From Nitrososphaerota archaeon (GTDB lineage Archaea > Thermoproteota > Nitrososphaeria > PSMU01), in assembly GCA_040290255.1 (NCBI GenBank), contig PSMU01000001.1:338385-402384 (forward strand): DNA of 64,000 nt. Reading direction: 5' to 3'. Both the position numbers and the translations under genes were made by a program. The notes beneath the pieces are model-generated. The model was not told the origin of the DNA and searched no databases. It was given only the letters and a program-made list of their open reading frames with translations. Shown piece after piece: positions 20,312-28,928 of the stretch (its first letter is position 1; every line of letters starts with the position of its first letter).

Positions 20312-21646
20312 GTGGAGCAGGACCCGCTACAGGGCTATACGGGCGAGGCCAGGAGCTACCTGGAGCGCAGGGGGGTAAAGGTGGGCGACCTGCTCAGGCT
20401 GAGGTTCAGGGGCGCCGAGATCAAGGGCACGTTGATGCCCCGCTATGGGCTGTACGCGGAGGCCAAGCTCGTGATCAAGCTGCCCAATGGGTACAATGTG
20501 GGCATCGACCTGGCCAGCATAGAGGGGCTGGAGAAGGCCGGCGAGGCAAGGGCACCTTCCTTCATCCCTCCTCCTTCGCCCTCGCCCCCTCCCTCGCTGC
20601 CCAGGGTCCGCCTCATAGGCACGGGCGGCACCATCGCGAGCAGGATCGATTATGAGACGGGGGCCGTGCACGCCTTCCTGGACGCCTCTTCGCTCTACTC
20701 ATCCTACCCCGAGCTGGCGAGCGTAGCGCTGCTGGAGCCCGTGCAGCTGTTCAACCTCTACAGCGAGGACATAGGCCCTGGGCACTGGAGCAGGATGGCG
20801 GAGGAGATCTGGAGGGGCGGAGAGGAGGCCCAGGGCTTCGTGGTGGCCCACGGCACGGACACGATGGGCTACACCGCGGCGGCGCTCAGCTTCTCGCTCA
20901 GGCACTTGGACAGGCCCGTTGTGCTGGTGGGCGCGCAGCGCTCCAGCGATAGGCCCTCCTCCGATTCCTTCACGAACCTGCTGGCCGCGATAAGGTTCGC
21001 CGCCCAGGCCCCCTGCGCGGGCGTCTTCGTGGCGATGCACGAGAGCCCCAGCGACCAGAGGATCGCCGTGCACCTGGGCACGCGGGTAAGGAAGTGCCAT
21101 ACCAGCAGGAGGGATGCCTTCCGCTCCATCTCCATTCCCCCCGTGGGATATGTGGAGGGCGACAGGATCGCGCTCAGGCCCGGGCTCAGGGCCAGGGGGG
21201 AGGGCAAGGGGGGCGGGCTGCTTAACAAGTTCGAGGAGAGGGTGGCGCTGTTGAAGTTCTATCCGGGCATGAGGCCCGAGCAGCTGCTCTGGCTAAAGGA
21301 GGCGGGCTATAGGGGGGTCGTGCTGGAGGGCACGGGCCTGGGGCATGTGGCGCACCACCTTATCCCCGCGCTCAGGGAGCTGAGGGAGAGGGGCCTGCTG
21401 GTGGGCATGACCTCACAGACGATCTGGGGCAGCCTGAGGATGACCGTGTATGAAACGGGCCGCAGGCTGCTGGAGGCGGGCGTGGTGCCCCTGAACATGA
21501 TCCCCGAGACGGCGCTGGTGAAGATGATGTGGGCGCTGGGCAACGCGGGGAGCAGGGAAGGGGCCCTGGAGCTCCTGATGGAGCCCATCGCGGGCGAATT
21601 CCTCGAGAGGGAGGTGGCGGGCGGCCATGGCAGCGGCTCCGAGTAG
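20312..21646 (+). CDS. gatD: Glutamyl-tRNA(Gln) amidotransferase subunit D
   Basis: KLPNGYNVG, GTGGTIASRIDY, HGTDTM, GAQRSSDRPSSD, KCHTSRRDAF. Confidence 0.97.
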   Translation: MEQDPLQGYTGEARSYLERRGVKVGDLLRLRFRGAEIKGTLMPRYGLYAEAKLVIKLPNGYNVGIDLASIEGLEKAGEARAPSFIPPPSPSPPPSLPRVRLIGTGGTIASRIDYETGAVHAFLDASSLYSSYPELASVALLEPVQLFNLYSEDIGPGHWSRMAEEIWRGGEEAQGFVVAHGTDTMGYTAAALSFSLRHLDRPVVLVGAQRSSDRPSSDSFTNLLAAIRFAAQAPCAGVFVAMHESPSDQRIAVHLGTRVRKCHTSRRDAFRSISIPPVGYVEGDRIALRPGLRARGEGKGGGLLNKFEERVALLKFYPGMRPEQLLWLKEAGYRGVVLEGTGLGHVAHHLIPALRELRERGLLVGMTSQTIWGSLRMTVYETGRRLLEAGVVPLNMIPETALVKMMWALGNAGSREGALELLMEPIAGEFLEREVAGGHGSGSE

Positions 21647-23555
21647 CGAAGGCGGCCTGAAGGTGGGCCTGGAGGTCCACCAGCAGCTGGCCACGAGGCA
21701 CAAGCTCTTCTGCGCCTGTCCCACGCAGGGAAAGGCCGCCCAGGGGCCGGTGGTGGTGAGGAGGCTCAGGCCCACTCAGAGCGAGCTGGGCGAGATAGAC
21801 CCCGCGGCCAGGTATGAATTCGAGAGGGGGCTCGAGTACAGGTACATCGCCCCTCCCGAGCTCAGCTGCCTCGTCGAGCTCGACGAGGAGCCGCCCAGGG
21901 AGCTCAACAGGGAGGCGCTGGAGGCCGCGCTCCTGGTGGCGCTGAGGCTCAGGGCCACGGTCGTAGATGAGGTGCACGTGATGAGGAAGATCGTGATCGA
22001 TGGCTCGAACACCACGGGCTTTCAGAGGACGGCCGTCATCGCGCTAGGGGGGTGGTTTGAGCATGCGGGCAGGAGGATAGGCGTGCAGACGATAACGCTC
22101 GAGGAAGACTCGGCCCGCCTCGTGGAGGCGGGCGAGGGCTACAGGACCTTCAACCTTGACCGGCTGGGCCTGCCCCTGGTGGAGGTTTCGCTGGAGCCCA
22201 TCTCAGGGCCGCCCGCGCTCGTGCAGGAGGTGGCCCTGGCGCTGGGCAGGATCCTCAGGTCCACGAGGAGGGTCGCGAGGGGGCTGGGCACCATCCGGCA
22301 GGACCTCAACATCTCCTTGGGCGGGGGGCCCGTGGTGGAGGTGAAGGGCGTGCAGCAGCTCGAGCTCGTGGGCAAGGTCGTGGACTACGAGCACAGGAGG
22401 CAGCTCTGGCTTCGCAGGCTGGCGCAGGAGCTGAGGGGCATGGGGTTCGAGGAGAGGGCGAAGGAGCTGAGGCCCCTTGAGGTGACGCCGCTGGTGCTGG
22501 GGGGCTCGGGCCCGCTGGCAAAGGCGGCGGGCAGGGGCGAGCCCGTCTTTGCCCTCCCGCTTCCCCTCTTGGCCGGCAGGCTGGGGAGAGGGCCCTCGCC
22601 CGACCTGAGGTTGGGCCTGGAGCTGGCCGACGTGGCCAGGGCCTTCGGCCTTGGCGGCATAATCCACTCGGACGAGCTTCCGGGCTACGGGCTGGAGGGG
22701 GGCGCGGTGGAGCGGATCAGGGCCCAGCTGGGGCTCGATGCGCGCGACGGCTTCCTGCTGCTGGCCGGGCCCCAGCCCAGGCTCTTCCTGGCCCTGGAGG
22801 CCCTGGCCAAAAGGGTTAGGGCGCTGGGCGAGGGGGTGCCCGCGGAGACCAGGGGGCCCACGCCCGAAGGGCGAACGCGCTACCAGCGCCCGCGCCCTGG
22901 CGCGGCGAGGCTTTATCCTGAGACGGACATACCCCCCATACCCGTGCCTCGAGCCTGGCTCAGGGAGCTGGAGGCGGCGCTGCCGCCGGGCTGGGAGGAG
23001 GAGGTGGCCCGGCTCAGGGCCCTCTACGGGCTCAGCGCCCAGCTGGCCGAGAAGCTCTACGATAGCGACTACCTGGCGCTCTTTGAGGCCCTCTGCGCCC
23101 CTCGGCGCCTCGCCCCCTCCTTCGTGGCCTCTCTTCTCACCGATGGCCTCGTGACGTTGAGGCGAGAGGGCCTGCCCGTGCAGGAGGTGGAGGAAACCAC
23201 GCTCAGGGAGCTCGTCTCGCTCGTGGAGCAGGGCAGGGTGGCGAAGGAGGCGGCGCTCGACCTGCTGCGCGCGAAGCTGAAGGGGGGCTACGCGACGGTA
23301 CAGGAGGCCCTCGAGGCCCTGAAGATCAGGCCGATGGGCGAGGAGGAGCTGAAGGCCCACCTGAGGCGCCTGGTGGACAGAAACGAGGAGGTGATAGCCC
23401 AAAGGGGCGAGAGGGCCCTCTCCGCCCTGATGGGGGAGGCCATGGCGGAGCTAAGGGGCAGGGCCGACGGGGCGCTTGTAAACAGCCTGTTAACCCGGCT
23501 GCTCAAGGAGAAGCTCGAGCAGCTGGGCCGGTCCCAAAAGGTTAAAAGCAAATAA
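21627..23555 (+). CDS. gatE: Glutamyl-tRNA(Gln) amidotransferase subunit E
   Basis: VGLEVHQQL, SELGEIDPAA, MRKIVIDGSNTTGFQRT, RPRPGAARLYPETD. Confidence 0.97.
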   Translation: MAAAPSSEGGLKVGLEVHQQLATRHKLFCACPTQGKAAQGPVVVRRLRPTQSELGEIDPAARYEFERGLEYRYIAPPELSCLVELDEEPPRELNREALEAALLVALRLRATVVDEVHVMRKIVIDGSNTTGFQRTAVIALGGWFEHAGRRIGVQTITLEEDSARLVEAGEGYRTFNLDRLGLPLVEVSLEPISGPPALVQEVALALGRILRSTRRVARGLGTIRQDLNISLGGGPVVEVKGVQQLELVGKVVDYEHRRQLWLRRLAQELRGMGFEERAKELRPLEVTPLVLGGSGPLAKAAGRGEPVFALPLPLLAGRLGRGPSPDLRLGLELADVARAFGLGGIIHSDELPGYGLEGGAVERIRAQLGLDARDGFLLLAGPQPRLFLALEALAKRVRALGEGVPAETRGPTPEGRTRYQRPRPGAARLYPETDIPPIPVPRAWLRELEAALPPGWEEEVARLRALYGLSAQLAEKLYDSDYLALFEALCAPRRLAPSFVASLLTDGLVTLRREGLPVQEVEETTLRELVSLVEQGRVAKEAALDLLRAKLKGGYATVQEALEALKIRPMGEEELKAHLRRLVDRNEEVIAQRGERALSALMGEAMAELRGRADGALVNSLLTRLLKEKLEQLGRSQKVKSK

Positions 23556-23571
23556 CTTCACGGAATTTGCA

Positions 23572-24018
23572 ATGGCTTCGCCGCCTATAAGGCTCAGGAT
23601 GAAGATAGGAGCAAATGAAGTGGAAATAGAGGCCCCCCTGGAGCTCTGGGAGGAGGCCATGGAGAAGGTCGACCTGCTGCTGGACAGGATCACGCAGGCC
23701 TCCGCCGCGGGGCCCACGACCCCCGCTCCCCCCAGCTCGCCCCCCGAGCTCCCCTCCGTCAAGATCGACCCGAAGATGTCGCTGACGGAAATACTCGAAA
23801 GGTTCTTCTCGGACCCCTGGGGCAGCAAGCCCCGGCGCCTGGGCGATGTTAGGTCGGTGCTGCACTCCTATGGCCTCACGTACCCTAAATCCTCGGTGGC
23901 CGTGGCGCTGCTGCGCCTTGCCCAGGCGGGCAAGATCAGGCGGTTCAAGGAGGGCAACGAGTACGTGTACGTGGCCGCGCATCCTCCTCTTTCATCGCCC
24001 CCTGAGGCCGTGGCATGA
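23572..24018 (+). CDS. Hypothetical protein: short N-terminal domain, Pro-rich linker, C-terminal winged HTH
   Basis: MKIGANEVEIEAP; C-terminal LGDVRSVLHSYG..VAVALLRLAQAGKIRRFKEGNEYVY wHTH pattern. Confidence 0.7.
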   Translation: MASPPIRLRMKIGANEVEIEAPLELWEEAMEKVDLLLDRITQASAAGPTTPAPPSSPPELPSVKIDPKMSLTEILERFFSDPWGSKPRRLGDVRSVLHSYGLTYPKSSVAVALLRLAQAGKIRRFKEGNEYVYVAAHPPLSSPPEAVA

Positions 24019-24542
24019 GCGAGGAGATAGAGGCGGAGCTCGTCATCGGCGAGGTGAGGACAAGGTTCAGGGGCCCCGCCGAGAGGCTCATGTCCTTCCT
24101 GCTGGAGTTCGCCGCTAAGTACGTGCCCCAGCTGCAGCTGGCCTCAAAGCTCTGCCTCAGCTATTCGCTGGCGGAGCTGGCGGAGAAGTTCGGCGACTAC
24201 GTAAAGATAACGCCCGAGGGCCCCCGCGTCATGGCGGACGAAAGGCTCTCGGACAAGGCGCAGGTGGCGCTGCAGCTGCTGGCCCAGCGGATCGCCAAGG
24301 AGCTGGGCAGGGCCCCCACGGACGCCCTTCAGGTCAAGGAGATCTGCCAGCTCACGGGCCTAAAGGAGAAGTCCGTGAGCTCCCGGCTGAGCGAGATGAG
24401 CTTAGAGCAGCACGTGGAGAGGGTGAAGGAGGGGAAGGCCGTAAAGTACAGGCTGGCAACGCTGGGCATAAAGTGGCTCGAGGAGTATATCAGGAAGCAG
24501 CTGAAGGCCCCTGCCCCGGCGGCCTCTTCTGTATATACGTAA
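24015..24542 (+). CDS. Hypothetical protein with C-terminal winged HTH
   Basis: VKEICQLTGLKEKSVSSRLSEM...VERVKEGKAVKYRL. Confidence 0.7.
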   Translation: MSEEIEAELVIGEVRTRFRGPAERLMSFLLEFAAKYVPQLQLASKLCLSYSLAELAEKFGDYVKITPEGPRVMADERLSDKAQVALQLLAQRIAKELGRAPTDALQVKEICQLTGLKEKSVSSRLSEMSLEQHVERVKEGKAVKYRLATLGIKWLEEYIRKQLKAPAPAASSVYT

Positions 24543-24972
24543 AGCGCCTGGGCTCGCCCCTTCGCGCCAGCAGCCCCTCCCTCACGAGCTCCGCCAATAC
24601 GTGAGCTATGGCGGAGCGGTCATAGTTGTAGCCCCTCTTCCTGAGCTCTAGGTCCACCTCGCTCAGCACCCTCTCTTGGGAGAACCAGCCCTCGCTCCAG
24701 AGCCGCTCCACGAGCCCCCTGCACGTCGCCGCCGGCTTGAGGGGCTCGGCCCTGGCCTCCTGCTCCAGCTTTGGAGGGGGCTGGGCCCTGGCCATCCCGG
24801 CCAGCACGTCTTCGACCACCTCCCTAACCCTGGCCGCCGGCGCCTCCACCTCGATCGTCCAGTCGCCGTGCCTCAGCACTATCCTTACCTTCTCGGGCTC
24901 CTCCTGCTTGCGCTCAGGGGTCCCCGCGCCCTCATCTTGTTGTTGCGCATCTTGCGCAACATTTATAAGCAC
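24490..24972 (-). CDS. Hypothetical wHTH protein resembling 23572..24018 (start uncertain)
   Basis: VLRHGDWTIEVEAP; WFSQERVLSEV..RGYNY..IAHVLAELVREGLLARRGEPRRFTY. Confidence 0.65.
   Translation of the reverse strand: MLINVAQDAQQQDEGAGTPERKQEEPEKVRIVLRHGDWTIEVEAPAARVREVVEDVLAGMARAQPPPKLEQEARAEPLKPAATCRGLVERLWSEGWFSQERVLSEVDLELRKRGYNYDRSAIAHVLAELVREGLLARRGEPRRFTYIQKRPPGQGPSAAS
24941..24961. promoter_or_regulatory. Perfect 9-bp inverted repeat next to a TATA-like box in a divergent promoter region
   Basis: TGTTGCGCA-tct-TGCGCAACA immediately followed by TTTATAA (24962-24968). Confidence 0.55.
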
Positions 24973-25019
24973 GGCACTTGCACCTGTTGTTGGGCAACTT
25001 GAACAACCAAATAAAGCTT

Positions 25020-25967
25020 ATGGCCGTCCTTGACCCTCCTCTCCCCTTCAACGCGGGCCTGGAGGAGCTGGTGAAGGCGGAGGTGATCTTCCTGAGGGGG
25101 GAGCAGGAGCCCGAGCCGCTCTTCGCGGCGCAGGGGGGGCCTCTCTTTCGCCGCGTTTCGGGCGAGGGCAGGGGCGCCCGGGTGGCGGCCGTCGACTCCT
25201 CCTGCAGGAGGATAGGCGAGACGCTCAGGGGCACCATCTACGCCACAAGGGTCGCCTGCGTGCTCTGCCGCGAGAAGAAGGTGCTGGGCCACATGAGGCT
25301 GGGCCCCTTCCTGAGTTACCTGACCGACGATATGCTGGCCAGGCTCGCGCGCCCGCTGCCGCTGCAGGATCTGCTGGCGGTGGACCCAGGCTTTGCTGAG
25401 AGGTTCCTGAGGCGCATGGCGGAGAGGTGGCTGCAGCGCCAGCTGGTGTTGGAAGGGGAGCTGGACTACTTGCTAATCGATGGTCCGCTGACCTTTCCCC
25501 TGCCCGAGCCCCCGCCCTATGGCCTGAGGGCGCTGCTCGATGAGGCCAGGAAGAGGGGCACGGCGCTTTTGGGCCTATCGAAGACGACGCGCCTCAGGGC
25601 GCTGATGAAGGCCCTCTCTTATCTGGGCCGCGCTGAAGATGCGCCCTGCTACATGAAGGTGAGGGAGCCGGATGCGGGGGCCATAGCCACCTACGTGGTG
25701 CGCCTCACCAAGGGGGGCGAGTGCTTCAGGCTGGACCTGGATGAGCGGGCCTGCACGATCGAAGGGGCGCTGCTGGACCTGAGGCGCAACGATGCCCTGA
25801 CCGCGGGCTATCCGGAGGGGCTCCGGCTAGCCCATCACCTCTGCGTCATAGGCGACGTGGATATGGCCTCGGTGGCAAGCTACATCATGGCCAAGCTGGG
25901 CGCCCAGCAGGTCTCCTTCCTGCCGAGGAGAAGGCTGCTCCTCCCCGTGCCGGGGCCCAGGGCATGA
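25020..25967 (+). CDS. NurA-family nuclease
   Basis: AAVDSS, LLIDGPL, GLSKTT, GYPEGLRLAHHLC; directly upstream of a HerA-like ATPase. Confidence 0.82.
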   Translation: MAVLDPPLPFNAGLEELVKAEVIFLRGEQEPEPLFAAQGGPLFRRVSGEGRGARVAAVDSSCRRIGETLRGTIYATRVACVLCREKKVLGHMRLGPFLSYLTDDMLARLARPLPLQDLLAVDPGFAERFLRRMAERWLQRQLVLEGELDYLLIDGPLTFPLPEPPPYGLRALLDEARKRGTALLGLSKTTRLRALMKALSYLGRAEDAPCYMKVREPDAGAIATYVVRLTKGGECFRLDLDERACTIEGALLDLRRNDALTAGYPEGLRLAHHLCVIGDVDMASVASYIMAKLGAQQVSFLPRRRLLLPVPGPRA

Positions 25968-27415
25968 AGCTGCTGCAGAAGAGGGGCGATGAAGTGCTCC
26001 TGCTCTGCTCGCCGCGGGAGGAGGTGAGCCTGGGCGAGTACCTCTCGGTGAGCGATGGCGGGGGAAGGGCGCTGATCGTCCAGGCCTATGAGCAGTCATA
26101 CCTCGAGTACCCGGGCATGCTGGAGGAGCTGGTGAGGGAGGAGATCGTGGAGTCGCTGGGCCAGGGCGAGGAGCGGGATCCCCTGGAGATAAGGAACTTC
26201 AACCAGCTGCTCAGGGACCTAAAGCTGGTGAGGTGCAAGGTGAGGGGCGTGCTGAGCGGCGGCAGGCTGAGCCTGGAGGCGGGCTGGCTTCCATCCAGGT
26301 CGAGGGCGCTGGTGAGGAGAGTGAGCATGCCCGAGCTGCTCCGCGCCCAGGGCGTGCAGAGCCGGAGGCCGCTGAAGCTGGGCGAGGCCCAGGGGGAGGA
26401 GCACTCCATCTGCTGGGAGGACCTGGATGGCAAGCTCACGCTCATCCTGGGCAGGAAGGAGACGGGCAAGTCGCACCTGGCCAAGCTGCTGGCGACGGGC
26501 CTTGTCCAGGCCGGCGCGGGCGTGCTCGTCTTCGACATCAACAACGAGTACCTGGCCCTGACCAAGGCGGAGGAGCTGGAGGGCCGGGCCCAGGCGCTCA
26601 CGCCCTCCTCGAGCCTGCTCTTTTCGCTTCAGGGCCTGGGCCTCGGCGTCATGGTCAGGATCGTGGAATGGGCCCTCGAGACGCCCGCCATTTCGGTAAG
26701 GGAGTTCGCGCGCCTCTGGAGGGCCTGTGAGGCCGAGGGCCGGCTCACGCTCGATGCCCTGCTCGAGAGGGCCGAGCAGGCGCGCATGAACGAACACGTG
26801 AGGGAGGCGCTGGTATCGAGGCTGCTGGCGCTCAGGGGCTCCAGGCTCTTCTCTGAATGGCCTAAGCCTCCGGAGCTCTCCTCGCTCTTCTACCGGGAGG
26901 GCGGGCAGCTGACCGTGCTCGCGCTGAGGCACCTGAGCAGGCTCCAGAGGCGCATCCTCGTGGAGGCGCTGCTGGGCAAGGCCCTGGAACTGCTGAGCCT
27001 GGAGCGCATCCCGCCCATCTTTGTCCTCGCGGAGGAGGCCCACCTGTATTTGGGCGAGACGCACTGGGACGACCTGATCACCAGGATGAGGCACTACGGC
27101 ATCTTCCCCATCTTCGTCACCAACCAGCCCGACGCGGTGCCCGAGACGGTATACCGGCAGCTGGACAACCTTTTCCTCTTCAACGTGAATAGCGAGAGGG
27201 ATGTCGAGCGCATCAGCGCCTGCCTGGGGCTCGATGCGCAGTCCACGGCGGCCATAGCCAAGGGCCTCCCGATGGGCCACTGCCTCATCGTGGGCCTCGC
27301 CTCCCATGGCCTGCCGGTGGTGAGCAGGATAAGATCGCTGGGGGCGGAGGCGGGCGGCGCCACCCGCAGCTTCCTGGCATGGCAGCAAAAGGCTATTAAG
27401 CAAAGCACCTCGTAG
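25964..27415 (+). CDS. HerA/FtsK-like (DUF87) ATPase
   Basis: N-terminal HAS-barrel-like region, GRKETGKS Walker A, VFDINNEY, AEEAHLY Walker B, RMRHYG, VTNQP. Confidence 0.87.
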   Translation: MKLLQKRGDEVLLLCSPREEVSLGEYLSVSDGGGRALIVQAYEQSYLEYPGMLEELVREEIVESLGQGEERDPLEIRNFNQLLRDLKLVRCKVRGVLSGGRLSLEAGWLPSRSRALVRRVSMPELLRAQGVQSRRPLKLGEAQGEEHSICWEDLDGKLTLILGRKETGKSHLAKLLATGLVQAGAGVLVFDINNEYLALTKAEELEGRAQALTPSSSLLFSLQGLGLGVMVRIVEWALETPAISVREFARLWRACEAEGRLTLDALLERAEQARMNEHVREALVSRLLALRGSRLFSEWPKPPELSSLFYREGGQLTVLALRHLSRLQRRILVEALLGKALELLSLERIPPIFVLAEEAHLYLGETHWDDLITRMRHYGIFPIFVTNQPDAVPETVYRQLDNLFLFNVNSERDVERISACLGLDAQSTAAIAKGLPMGHCLIVGLASHGLPVVSRIRSLGAEAGGATRSFLAWQQKAIKQSTS

Positions 27416-27424
27416 CGGGCCAAG

Positions 27425-28132
27425 TTGTCGCGCCAGCTGAGGGCGACGCTGGAGAGGCTGGCGGGCCACATAGCGCTGCACTCGAACCCCTCATCCGTGC
27501 TCCGCCAGCTCAGGCTGAGGCTTCATCTCAGCCTGACGGAGATGGCGCGGCTCATGCGCATATCGCCCTCAATGGTCTGCGACTACGAGAAGGGCAGGAG
27601 GCAGCCGGGCCTCGGGTACGTGAAGAGGTACGTGGAGGCCATTTCGGTTAAGCTCTCGGAGCTGCAGAGGGGGGCCACGCTGGAGGGCCTGGAGTTCACG
27701 GAGCGGCTCAACGAGGCGATCATGGCCATCGGCGACTACCAGAACTCGATCACGGTGCAGCGCGCGCTGGAGGCGCTGGGGGCGCAGCCCCTGACGCGCT
27801 ATGAGCCCCAGGCCCCCCTGTACGGCTACACCGTGCTCGACAGCCTGAAGGCGATCAGGGCCCTGAGCGGCTTCGAGTTCCTGTATATCTTTGGCTCTAA
27901 CGCGGAGAGGGTCCTGGTCTTCACGAGGGTGGGCCTGGGCAGGTCGCCCATGGTGGCCGTGAGGATCTCGCCGCTGAAGCCCAGGCTGGTGGTGGTCCAC
28001 GGGCCGCTGAAGGTGGACCCCCTGGCCGTGGAGCTGGCCGAGAGGGATGGCGTGGCGCTGGCCCTCGCCGAGAAGCCCGAGGTTAAGGAGCTGGTGGCGG
28101 GCCTGCAGAGGGCCTTCGCCGAGGGCCTCTAG
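27425..28132 (+). CDS. XRE-type HTH transcriptional regulator (archaeal COG1709-like)
   Basis: ISPSMVCDYEKGRRQPG, YGYTVLDSLKAI, FTRVGLGRSPMVAVRI. Confidence 0.85.
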   Translation: MSRQLRATLERLAGHIALHSNPSSVLRQLRLRLHLSLTEMARLMRISPSMVCDYEKGRRQPGLGYVKRYVEAISVKLSELQRGATLEGLEFTERLNEAIMAIGDYQNSITVQRALEALGAQPLTRYEPQAPLYGYTVLDSLKAIRALSGFEFLYIFGSNAERVLVFTRVGLGRSPMVAVRISPLKPRLVVVHGPLKVDPLAVELAERDGVALALAEKPEVKELVAGLQRAFAEGL

Positions 28133-28133
28133 C

Positions 28134-28928
28134 TTGGCCCCCTGGCTGGACGTGGGCGGCCTGGCCGTGGTGGGGCTCCTGGCCCTGGCCTCTTATGCGT
28201 TAAGGGCGCTCACGCCGGGAGGGGCGCTGCTGGGCTTCCTCCTCGGGTATACCACCTGGCTGGCGGGAGGGCTGCGCTGGTTCCTCCTCTTGCTCGTGAC
28301 CTTCGCCGCCACGGTGCAGGCCACGAGGGCGGGCTACCGCCTGAAGAGCCTGAAGGGCATGGCCGAGAAGAGGAGGGGGGCCAGGGGCTGGCTGAACGTG
28401 CTGGCGAATGTGGGCCCCTCCAGCCTGATGGCCCTGCTCTTCGTCCTGGCCCCCTTCCCGGCCACGCCGCTGCTCTTCACCTCCTTCCTCTGCGTCGCCC
28501 TGGCCGATACCGTCGCCACGGAGCTGGGGGGGCTCTCGAGGGGCCCTCCAAGGCTCATCACGCGGCCGTGGGTGAGGGTCCCCCCCGGCACATCGGGGGG
28601 CGTGAGCGGCCTGGGCCTGGGCGCCTCGCTTCTGGCGGCGGCCCTCTTCTCGCTCATGGCCTGGCTGCTGGGCGTGGTGGAGCCCACGCCGCTCGCCTGG
28701 TTCGCCGTCTGCCTAGGCGGCTTCTTGGGCGCGCTGCTCGATAGCCTCCTGGGCGCCACCCTTCAGGAGAGGTTCCTCTGTCCCAACTGCGGCCGCGTGG
28801 TGGAGGAGCGCGTGCACTGCCTGAGGCTCTGCGAAAGGAGGAGCGGCATCCCGGGCCTCGATAACAACGTGGTGAATATCCTGGCGATAGCCCTGGGGGG
28901 CCTGCTGAGCCTGCTGCTCTTCAGCTGA
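28134..28928 (+). CDS. DUF92/TMEM19-family membrane protein
   Basis: RGWLNVLANVG, ADTVATELG, VPPGTSGGVS, DSLLGATLQ, DNNVVN. Confidence 0.92.
   Translation: MAPWLDVGGLAVVGLLALASYALRALTPGGALLGFLLGYTTWLAGGLRWFLLLLVTFAATVQATRAGYRLKSLKGMAEKRRGARGWLNVLANVGPSSLMALLFVLAPFPATPLLFTSFLCVALADTVATELGGLSRGPPRLITRPWVRVPPGTSGGVSGLGLGASLLAAALFSLMAWLLGVVEPTPLAWFAVCLGGFLGALLDSLLGATLQERFLCPNCGRVVEERVHCLRLCERRSGIPGLDNNVVNILAIALGGLLSLLLFS

Noticed and set aside
24905-24936. GCGC/GGGG-CCCC hairpin near the 5' end of the minus-strand wHTH gene as an intron
   Set aside because: The bulge is on the wrong side for the coding strand, and the 16-nt excision does not put the upstream ATG in frame
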